Origin: Heptranchias perlo
Taxonomy: Eukaryota
Direction of reading: 5' to 3'
DNA: 64,000 bases
NCBI RefSeq assembly: GCF_035084215.1
Contig: NC_090333.1
Location: forward strand, 59,024,001 to 59,088,000
Made by a program: the position numbers and the translations under genes. Positions 26,162 through 36,712 of the stretch are shown here, piece after piece (within the stretch, counting starts at the first letter, position 1; each line of letters starts with the position of its first letter). Below the pieces are notes generated by a model. It searched no databases. It worked only from the letters and a program-made list of their open reading frames with translations, and was not told the DNA's origin.

Positions 26162-26211
26162 TATTCTCCTGAAAGTACTCTGTAATATTACAGTATACTT
26201 TCAGGAGAATA
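26162..26211. repeat. 50-bp near-perfect palindrome
   Basis: tattctcctgaaagta-ct-ctgtaat|attacag-ta-tactttcaggagaata. Confidence 0.9.
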
Positions 26212-26929
26212 AAGCGACACATGGTACAGTTAAGCCCACACTGGGAATCACATTTTGGGGGTCAGGGTAATTTGGTGGCATCCTTCAGGTTCAGCTGAGT
26301 CAGGAAGAAAATCCTTGATAGCTAATTACTGTGTTCCCAGTTAACCCATTCTTAATGTGCTGAGGGGCAGTCTGGCTGTGTGGTTGGGAATATCTGGGTC
26401 AAGTAGGTTTCCTGGAAATGGCTCTAGACCTCCTGGTGCTTCCAGAGCTCCAGACGAAGTCCGTACATTACCCATTCCAACTAGCACATGTCTCGTGTTT
26501 ATCCACATGTGTTGTGTTGAGCATTGGATTTGGGGGAAGTGGAGTGGGGGCCGGGGGGGCCGGGGGGTGGGAGAAAGAAGAAAATGCATCACCTTGTTGC
26601 CAGTGACAGCTGCAGTAGCTTACACATTGCTTGGGAAGCTTATTCTGCAGTGGACAGGTCAATAGGCACAGGTCTGTGTCTACAGGAATTGAGAGTCCAG
26701 TCACATTCTTTGTGGTCTCCCAGACTGCTGAATGCAAGGGCACATCCAGAATGGGTGTAGCAGTATGCCTTTCTGACTGCCACCAATCCAGCCTTCACTT
26801 TTTGTAGACTTTAAGGCTCAGTTCTACATTGGGCAGTGCATTTACCGATTGTGCAATCATGAGCCTTTTCCTTGACCAGTTTCAATTTTAAGTTTGCTGA
26901 ACTGTGTGGATTTTCTCCGATCCACTCAC

Positions 26930-27135
26930 CTGCTCCACTCCTAACTGTGCTCATTGGCGCTATGGTGTTCCATATGTTGTCTTCAGGATGATAGCACTCC
27001 GCCGAATTGAGACGATTTGTTCCATCAAAGCCACCGACTGCATACAGAAGGCGATTTACAATCGCAACACCGACACCAATTCTGCTGGTTGACATTGAAG
27101 CCACAAACTCCCACTGGTCTTTCTCTGGATCATAT
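26930..27135 (-). CDS. KEAP1: KEAP1 coding exon 3 (206 nt, Kelch 3-4)
   Basis: ttacAG and GTgagt boundaries; YDPEKDQW...[15 protein letters not shown]...RSGAG. Confidence 0.97.
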
Positions 27136-27967
27136 CTGTAAATACAGACACACTGTTGTAAATATGCTCTGAACACAACTCACAGGGAACAAGGGGCAAT
27201 GTATCACTATGGAGTTTTACAGTAACAGGTGCCACTGGAGGATGGAAGTGATTAGGAACATTGCCTGAATTTAGAAAAGCAGGCTGCAACGCTTGAAGAC
27301 AGATAATAGTTTGGGAGAACGTTTGTCAGCCATATTTAGTGAGTAGAGTCAGAGGAAGGACAGAGGGGTTATGGAAGAGACTGCAAAGTGCAGTACAGTT
27401 CAGGAATGGGAGGGAAATAATTTTAGATGTCCACATTTTGCACTTGATCAGAACTAGAATTTAACTTTTTAAACTTGTAAATTTTATGATCCAACGCAAT
27501 AACCTTTAGTCTGTAAGAGTGAAACAGAAAATACAGGTAGAATGGACAGTGTATGAACTTTGTACATTCAAAAGCAAAACACTGGTGCTGTTTTCACTCA
27601 GCAGAACCAAATGATAGTTAGCTGGTGTAAAACACCTAAAATTATACACACAATCCAGGTCTGTTTACAGAACTTAAAGGCAGTACAAGAAGTGCCAGAA
27701 CAGAATTTGCATTAGCATTTGACTGATAAAGGTCAGCAAAACTAATTCAAATATAGGAGATTTCCTGCCCTTTCTTGATGGCTCAGTGGAGAAGTGGATA
27801 ATGCGCCATACAGATAATGGAGTGTCCACAAGGCCACCAGTGTCTACTGATTTAAGTGAGCAGGCATGGGGGACACTACAATTAGATTCAGGGCCTGAGG
27901 GTTGGAGGGAAAAAAAACAGCAGTGTTTTGCATTTCAAAATGTATGCTGAAACGTAGCGCAACAAAC

Positions 27968-28653
27968 CTTTCTACAGAACTGTGATGGATGCAGCCTTCA
28001 GATCCACCAACCGCATAGATCATTCCATCTATCACTCCTCCTCCAACCCTGTTCCTGGGAACATTCATTGGAGTGCAGGGGGACCATTGATTGTTCATAG
28101 GATTGTAACAGTCCAATGCATCCGAATCAGTGTTGCCATCTGGCGAGTTATTTCTTCCGCCCACTGCATACAGAAGTCCGTGCACGGTGCAAGAGGCTAA
28201 ACCGCTCCGAGGCATTGGCATGTCGGTCAATCGGATCCAACAGTTCTCCAAAGGATTATAGGCTTCCAGAAAATTTAGCGACTGGCGGTAATAGCCTCCT
28301 GCCGTGTACATTAACTGAGGAACGTTTGGCGACCTACAGGGACAGGCCTTGGTCGGTTTGTGCAGCGTCAACTCCTTAAAAACCTCCACGAGGTAATCTT
28401 TACACTTGGAGTCCATTCGGAGTATTTCGCACTTCTGCAGTTGCGTTTTCAGGAAGTTCGGGGTCAGAGAATGACATCTCACTGCATTCAGTAATGCATG
28501 GATATACGGATGCCTGTTTTCACAGTCATATTTCACCCACTCTATACAAGCGTGATAGACCTCGGATTCACAGCGCACGTTCAGCTCGTCTCGGCTGATC
28601 AGGCTAACCAGCTGGCACTGCGTGAGGTTGAAGAATTCCTCTTGTTTTGCTAC
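27968..28653 (-). CDS. KEAP1: KEAP1 coding exon 2 (686 nt, BACK/IVR plus Kelch 1-3)
   Basis: taatAG and GTttgt boundaries; [15 protein letters not shown]...VRCHSL...QKCEIL...[13 protein letters not shown]...SVER. Confidence 0.97.
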
Positions 28654-31284
28654 CTATTAGAGATACAGTAGAACATTGCTCTTGTTTGAAATCAATACTA
28701 CTATTTAATTTCATCTGATCAACATTTTTTTAATATTTAAAGATAAAAAATACCAAAACCATAAAACGCAAGAACATTTCCAATTTGTGAACCAATGTCC
28801 TAACAGTGACTAAAAATATTCGATCCATATTTTTTAAAAAAGTAATTTGTTCCCAATTCTAACACATGCACACACACAGCTTTCACCAATCTTGTTGATT
28901 TGGATTAACCAAAAGCTTGAACCAGACAAATTTAAAAACCCACTCTTGGTAAAGTAAATCTATTTTGATTATTAAATTCTAGACATTTTTTTCCCTTTAA
29001 CTACAAAGCCATGGGTATGGGGAGAGGGAACAGATGTAACATCACTTTTTAAAACAGTAGAAGAAATCTCTGTAGAGGTATTACCGCCCCCCCCCCCCCA
29101 CCTCCAACCTTCTCACCACTCTTAAGAGAGAGGGCAGGACTGATTTAGCTACTTCCAGATCTTCAATATACTGCTCTGAAACCAGGCAGTGTGCAGTTAT
29201 GTCCGTTTGGGGAAGTTTCTTACCAGTTAGAACTGCTGAGCCTTTGTACAACTGCACAGCTCAAAGGTCTCAGCTCCTAAAGATCACTGGCAGAATGTGT
29301 TGGTGCTCCAAAATATTGCTCAAGCAATGGAAGCTTCAATTTAAAAATAATTGGGGGATGGAGAGGTATGAGTTAGTCATGGTCTTGCACCTCTGGAACT
29401 TTCATTTGAATCCAGCCTTGGTCTAATGGGACGCCAGAGACCTACGTGAAATGGGTTTGTACTGTCCCAGTCCAATTCAGAGTAAATATGGGGGACACAA
29501 CACAAACTGCCCTGATTTGGTACTATTTTGTAAGGAAATAGACCAGTGTAGGTAGAGGTGCTCTTCTGAAATTGGGATAATGTAAATTGTTGTAAGAGTA
29601 AAGGGACTTTTCCACTAATGCTGAACCTGACCCGAGTGGCAAACTTTGGACACAAAATAGTAAAAAAATGTTCCATTTCCCAACATCTCATCTTGATGAG
29701 TGTAGAAATCACTGAATGAATGGACAGATTGATCATATACAACTAGTAGAGCTCCTGTGAAATTGCTCACATGGAATAAATTTAGAGTTTTCCATAAAAA
29801 TTAACTCTTGTAAAATTAGACATTTTTCTTTGGTGCCTTCATGTCTTGTTTCTTACTTTCTGCCTCCTTAGCTTATTGGTCTTTTCTCCTCTACCCTTCA
29901 CATTAAGATTTTTTTTTAAAAAAAACTTATTTTATGGTTCCTTGGTGTTACTGAACATTTCTTGAGCATTTTGTTTGGGTACTTCAGTTTATTTTGACAA
30001 CTTTCTTTGTCCTCAGCTCACAGTTGCAACTTTCTAAACATTGCTCCAAGTTCAGCTGACACTCAGTGGGAGAGGAGCACATAAGGATCTGAGCCTTCAT
30101 AGCAGAATGGAGCCGGAGAGGCAACAGTGATGTCACCGAGCATTGAGGACATGCATGTGCAGAGGCCCAAACAATAGCAGAAGTGAGGGCTCAAAAGAAA
30201 GCAAGCTTTCAAAAGGAGCAAAATTCAAGCCCAAGGCAAAGCTTGTGCCTTTGGAGGTAAATGAAGGAACTTCATTCACAACTAATATACACACACACAC
30301 AGTTGTTTATAGTCAGCTAGCTGAAGAAACATGACCAAAGAAATTTGAAGAAAATGTTTAAGCAATTGGTTTCTTTTCTGTGGGTTCCTGATTTATAGCT
30401 TTTCCTACCTGTGCACATTTTGGTAAATCAGCCTGGTTAACGTAATAGTGATTAATTAAGCCAAACAGAAAAATGTGTGAAATGATTTTTCGTGTGACAG
30501 ACACATTTAATTTGCCACTTTAGACATTTATGATACATGTGTACTCAGGATATATTTATCTTGCCTGTAATGTACGTCAGTATGTCTGCAATGGTCATTG
30601 GTCATGATCCAGATTTCAGAAGAACACAAAAAATCAGGTTAAGTGTCTATTTTTGTTTAAATTTTAAGCTTTTTTTGTTATCTTTTTCTCCCACATGACC
30701 AGGTTCCACTCAGCTTCTCTGCTCTCCCTGACCCAAATCTCCCCTTCAATGCTCACGTGAAGAACAAGGTCTCAACCCATTCAGCCTCTATGTGTGATCC
30801 AATCTTCAGACTGTTTGTTTACCATTCCCCAGCCAAATACCACAGTCCATGTGACTACTTCACTGCTCGGCCCATGAGCCAAACCACAAGAGTTTACTAA
30901 TATTGAAAATTTAGTAATTAGACTTGTTTTAAATACAGTTCATTGGGGTCTGAAACATCCGCAAAGACAAAGACAATCTCATTGGCATAACAAACAGATC
31001 AAAATAATGGAAATCTGGAACTCTTGCTCCCAAAAGACTGTGGATGCTGGGTCAATTGAAATTTTTAAGACTGAGATCGACAGATTTTTTATTAGGCAAA
31101 GGTATCATGGGATATGGAAAAAAGGTGAGTAAATGGATTTGAGGTACAAATCAGCCATGATCTAATTGAATGGTAGAACAGCTCAAGGGGCTGAATGGCC
31201 TACTCGTGTTCCTATGTTCCAAAGAGAAGCATAGAAGTCTCAATAACCCATCAAAAATTAAGAATATCCATTATTTGTACCTAC

Positions 31285-31827
31285 CTCGCTAAAGTGCAAG
31301 TATATATACTCTCTGGCCTTTTGACTTAACTCTTGGCAGCTAATGTCCTCAGCAAATGAGGCGATACCAATGGCATTACTGGGATCCAACTGCTCCACTA
31401 GGAATTCGCAGCATGCTTTAACAACGCTATCTATCTGGTACATAACTGCTCCATTCATGACGTGCAGTACGCATTTCTCTCCCACTGTAATACTAGCAGT
31501 GTACGCAAACTCAATCAAACGTTGCAGTACTTTGGGGTGAATGCCCTCAATGGGTATAACCTCCATTCCACATTCTTTCAAGCCATTGGTGAACATGGCC
31601 TTGAAAACAGGGCTGCAGGAGGCGAGCACAATCTTGTGAGCAACAAACTCCTCCTCCAGGTCATTGTGCTTCACCCGCAGTGTCACATCACAGAGTTGCT
31701 TGTTTAAGCGTATCTCGTTCATTATTTTAAAAGCCTCCACTGTGTGGCTTTCCAGCGTGTAACTGAAGTAGCGGCTAGCATTCTGTGACGGCATCACTTC
31801 CGCCTTGCACCCAGTTGTCACCGACAT
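31285..31827 (-). CDS. KEAP1: KEAP1 first coding exon (BTB domain); start at the Met equivalent to human M32; spliced CDS 1761 nt, 586 aa
   Basis: MSVTTGCKAEV...LCDVTL...HKIVLAS...GEKCVLH...HFSE, GTaggt donor; exon acceptor probably ttttctcttccctaAG at 31970-31969; closest to mammalian KEAP1 and fish keap1b as recalled. Confidence 0.95.
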
Positions 31828-31837
31828 TTCTCCACAG

Positions 31838-31968
31838 TCACTGTGGGCAGGTCATTGCTTCTCAGGAAAAGCAGAAATTGGTTGCACAGCGGAACGGTTA
31901 TATTTAATATCCATTCAGGTTGGGTCCATCCTCAGCTCCGTTTGAGAATAAGTCACTCTCTTGGGCAT
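31838..31968 (-). promoter_or_regulatory. uORF cluster in the KEAP1 5' leader
   Basis: uORF1 31968-31915 MPKRVTYSQTELRMDPT*, uORF2 31914-31852 MDIKYNRSAVQPISAFPEKQ* (both in the main frame), uORF3 31855-31838 MTCPQ*. Confidence 0.65.
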
Positions 31969-31994
31969 CTTAGGGAAGAGAAAATAGGAAAGTC

Positions 31995-32520
31995 ATGAAT
32001 TTTTAGGAACAAGAGAAGGCAGTTAGGTCAAACAAGCCTGTTCTTTTGAATAGATTAACCAACCTACCCATCTTCAGCATACTCCTTGATCCCTTCCTAC
32101 TCCAGAAACAAATTTAGTTACCTCTTGAACCCATTTATATTTCCACCTCAGTGACCTTCCCTGGTAACTTAATTCACAGCTCTGTGAATGAAAAAGTTCC
32201 ACCCAATGACTTCTTACTCCTAGCTTAATTTTTAAACTTTCCCCTTTGGTGTTTAAATCCTTTTCAACAATTTAATTTGCCTGGATTAGTTTTGCCAATT
32301 GCCTTTATGATCTTCAACTTCAATTAGGTCACCGATGAAATTTCCTCTTTTCCAAAGAGTACAAGCTAAACTTCCTTAATTTTCCTCATCTTAAATTCAA
32401 AAATTGTATTCATTGCTCCCTTTTGAGTAATAATACCCTTCCTAGAATTAGATCACTAGAACTCAAGATGGAATCTGACTTGTTCCTTATACTGCAACAA
32501 ACAAATTCCTCTTTTGATTT
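31995..32520 (-). mobile_element. Highly decayed CR1 3' region
   Basis: Remnant CR1 3' UTR and ORF2 C-terminal motifs. Confidence 0.5.
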
Positions 32521-33365
32521 GTTCTCCATAAGACTCAGGTACTAGCTTCCCAATGGCTCAGTGGTAAAGGCATCAATGAAACTGACCCATGTAAACTAAA
32601 GTCCCAGGATTGATTTCCAGACTGTGCTGCATTATTTATTGTCTTGGGTACAGTAGTGATGGTCAATCCTGCAAGTGGTCCAAGCATCTTATGTTCAGGA
32701 GCGCGCCTATGCTGCCCAATATCTAATTATACGACAATGTAACCCCTTGTGACCTGAACTAAATATTGTGTCTGTTGCACTTGCCTCTCCAATCTTGCAA
32801 TAGGTGGACTTGGAAAGACTAGTGAGATGAGGCACGATGCAAATTGTCATACTGCTTTATTAGAATCATAGAATGATACAGCGCAGAAGTAGGCAATTCA
32901 GCTCATTTGTCTAGCATAGGCACAATGATCATATAGAACACAAGTCAATGGGGATCCCACTTTCTTCACCCAATCTCACTTCTCTCCTCAAAAAGTTAAA
33001 AATAATAAACCACACACCCTGTCCTTTCCGTGGGCTGACTTACTTGCCTTTGGCATTACTTTTCTTTCCAGAGAACTTCTAGCTGCAAAACTGACCACCT
33101 GCATTTTAGATTCCAGTTCTTGGCCCAAACTTATACTCTCGTTTAAAACGTGACTGACTACACAAGAAACTCTTTTCCCTAAGCTCAGGGTATTCATAGA
33201 AAGTAGAAGAGGGGCCGTTAACTCCCTCCCTGTTCAGGGATTCACCAGTAGTCCTGTCAACAAAACGGACTACCCACTTTCGAGTACATTCTTAGCAGAC
33301 ACCTTATGCTAGGTTCATACGAATAAAATTATCCCCAACATAATAGGTGTGGTTGTTTTGTAATG

Positions 33366-33805
33366 GTGTCAGCCTTGATTCAGTAGTAGCAGTCTTGCCT
33401 TTGAGTCAGAAGGTTGTGGGTTCAAGCCCCACTGAACATTTGAGCACAGAATACAATCTGACACTTCAGTGAAATGCTGAGGAAGAGCTGCACTGTTGGA
33501 GGTTCCATCGTTCAGGTAGGTTGTTAAACTGAGGCCCCGTCTGCCCTCTCGAGTGGATGTAAAAGATCTCATGGCACTTTTCGAAGACGAGCAGCAGATC
33601 TCCTGGTGTCCTGACCAACAATTTATCCTTCAACCAACACCATTGAAAACAGATTATTAGGTCATTTATCGCATTGCTGTTTGTGGGACCTTGCTGTGTT
33701 TGCCTACATTACAAGTAACCTCACTTCAAACGTATTTGTCAATTGCTTTGGGATATCTTGAGAATGTAAAAGGTGCTTTATAAATACAATTTCTTTCTTT
33801 GTTTT
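33366..33805 (+). mobile_element. Full-length Deu-domain SINE
   Basis: tRNA head (ggttcaagccc B box), Deu core 'gatgtaaaagatctcatggcac', tail 'tataaatacaatttctttcttt'; other copies ~40910-41240(-), 46575-47025(-), 52755-53140(-). Confidence 0.8.
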
Positions 33806-36683
33806 ATTACGCCGGAGATAGGATAAAAGATTGCTCAATGTCCCCCAGCTGATGTAAATAACAATAGGTATAGATGTCTCACTAACACATCAAACCTCCT
33901 TCTGTTTCATGTGCTGTTGCCTGTGGTTTTCTTTTTAATTCATTTTGTTTTACAACACAACCCTTAAACGTAACACATTCTCAAATCCTCGCCATGAAGA
34001 AAAAATGATCGAGTCCCAAAATGTGACAGGATGCTAGAATTAGCCTTGGCAGCCCTTGAATATAAGCTGTTTGATTTCCTGATTGCTATGTGGTGATCCT
34101 TGTGTGTATGTACGGACAGGAGACCAATCAGCAGTGATGTCCACATGAAGAATGGACGAGGTATGAGAGGGAATCAGTGCCTTTGGAGAGTTAGAGGGAG
34201 GGAAGAAAATGTGAGAATTACTATTTGGTCTACTGATGCTGGAGAAATACATCTTCAGAGATAAGTTGCCATCCAAAATGTGTCCTAGGTTGCGTGCCAG
34301 GAAATTATTCCGTGCAGAAAGAACGGTTCTCCTTAAAAGTTTAGAAAAAGCAAATGAATATGGTAATGAGTGAGCTAGCTGCTGGATGGGGACTTCTATG
34401 AAACAGTATTTCACTTTGAGAGAGAAACAGTAGTCATGTTCCTTTCCCATAACTAAGTATTAGGAAACTGCATTCCTAAATTTTTGTAGAAAATTGGAAT
34501 CCCTTTTTAAAACTTCAACTCTCCCAACAGTTCAGTGGGTAAATGCACCATAGGGTGCTATAGCGAGTCTCAGACCATAAAAGTCATGGCTTTGATCCCA
34601 GTTTGCGTTGAGTTAGCCACACTACATAGTACAATTAGCCTCAATGCTCCTGATCTAGGGAAAGGGAGCAGCGGCAGGGGGAGGGGGGGGGGGAAAGGAG
34701 GAGGAGAAGAGCCCATTATCTAGTGTCTTTCCTATTAGCAAGTGTAGATTTTAGATATGTAGAAGATCACATTAGGGTATGACATTCCACAATGTTGAAT
34801 ACCATGCCAACATTCACTGTTCAGAAATGTAGAATGACCTTCTGAAGAAGAAACTGAGGGTTACTGGCAGCTATGGAATGAAGTCACAGCATGAGTCAGC
34901 ACCTTCAGGAAAGGAGGAGAAAATGGGGGGGGGGGTGGAGAATATTTTCTCCAGTTTTCCTAATGACTCATCGGATAAACGCATGGCATGGCACGGAGCT
35001 ATGCAGACCAGGAAAACACCAAGCTTGATGCTAATTGTCAGGTTATTTAGCATTGCAATATCATGCCCGAGTATGATCCTGTCCTCATCAAACATTCATT
35101 AGTAAACACAAGCAGGAATTCTGGCTGATACATTCCCTTGCTTAGCCCAAGATGGTTGAAGCCATTATAGAATCTCTCTTCCTCAGCTAAGAGCAGCTAG
35201 CTCAGCACCAACCAAGAGCTGGATTTGGTCAACATGACTCAGTAATACATGTGTTGTATTTATCAATGAATCACTGGGAGCCTTTTTTTTTAAATTTGAA
35301 ATTATTCACTTCAGCCAGTGCAAGTGGCATCGCACAGCAATGATTTTGGGGTGGAATGCTAAGGTTACTACAATCAAAGTTTATAGCAATCTGCCCCACA
35401 TACTCTAGCACAATACTGGCAAAGTCATTTTTATGGTATGAATCCCATTTACACACTCCGAGATCTGCGTTTCAATCTAACCCAGAATGGTAAAATGCAA
35501 GTCTCCTCTCTATTTGTAAGTCTAATGTGAATTGAGTTTGGTGTGCCACAATCTCAAAAGATTGCTGATGTAGGAAATGGAAGTATTTCACTGGCGAGGG
35601 CAGAGTGTGAGAGAGAGCGAGAGTCTTCTGATAAGAAAACGCAGAGAGTAGTCATACTGAAGGGGATAGAGGTGGAGGAAAAATAAATCTGCAAGGACTC
35701 CTAATCACTCTCTACTGGCCTGCTGAAAAGTGGGCATGTACGATCAAGACAGGACTGGATTGGAAGGATGGGCGGGAAGGAGAATTGGAAGGACAGGAAA
35801 ACTAGAGTTCCATTCTACATCTAAGGTGCACTAAATAGCATCAATCCTGGAAGTAATATTCCATAGAGTGCCTTTCCCCAGTATTGACATCTCTCATAAT
35901 AAACATGTCAATTTTTCCATCTGCAGATGGATGTTTTTTTCCCTCTCATTTACTGATGTTTGTCCTGAAATTTTATCGCCTGAGGAATGCAACCTGTTTA
36001 TCAGTAATTACACCTGCTGCCAAGTTATTATTCCCCGCTTAAACAATGGTCCTGTGTGGCTGCACACCAGAGCTCTCCTGTGCTAACAACAATATGCACA
36101 TGTGCAACAGCAGCACGCAAGGCTTCCTAGCCTCGAGGGCAAACCGTACAGGTACAAATGCCGCATGTCAGGTCTCGCCTGCCTCTGGAGGCAGCATGCG
36201 CATGTGACTAATACAGACCAGCATGTCTCCAACTCCAGGAGCAGGACTCAAATATTTACACAGCCTCAGTTTAATTACTTCTATTAGTTTACAGCAGTTC
36301 TTCTAGTGTCCTCAGAAATAGAAAAATGTAATTACAAACGCATCCTGTTCATCACTGCGGCACTGTCAGGGGGAAAATATGGCTGCTATTGAGGAGGAGG
36401 AGGAAAGCAGGAGTTTCGGTATGAATTGGTAGGTGCTATCTCATTTTTAAAAAAGTAATTCAGCACTCTCTGCATGGATATTGCAAGGGTGTCCACACTT
36501 AGAGCAGGTGACCGGATCAATGTGCCACAACCATAGTCAACTCCTGATAATTCAAAATCATTTGAATTGAATTATGTAAATAACACAGCAAAATGGGAAT
36601 TTAGTGCCTAAAAGTGAATTTTCAAATGTTTTGAATTAAGTAGCTTTGAATCTTCCATGTGAACAACATACTTCCAAAAATAT

Positions 36684-36712
36684 TATATATATATATATAT
36701 ATATATATTATA
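36684..36712. repeat. (TA)n microsatellite
   Basis: Direct inspection. Confidence 0.95.

Noticed and set aside
27844-27967. ORF-track extensions of KEAP1 exons (also 31258-31284, 26811-26929, 27136-27176, 19374-19413)
   Set aside because: Read-through into introns past canonical GT/AG sites; homology stops at the splice sites.
31853-31890. Alternative-frame resemblance (LCNQFLLFLRS) to human KEAP1 CCRFLPLQS
   Set aside because: Short, needs frameshifts and could be chance; noted only as a competing reading of the upstream segment.
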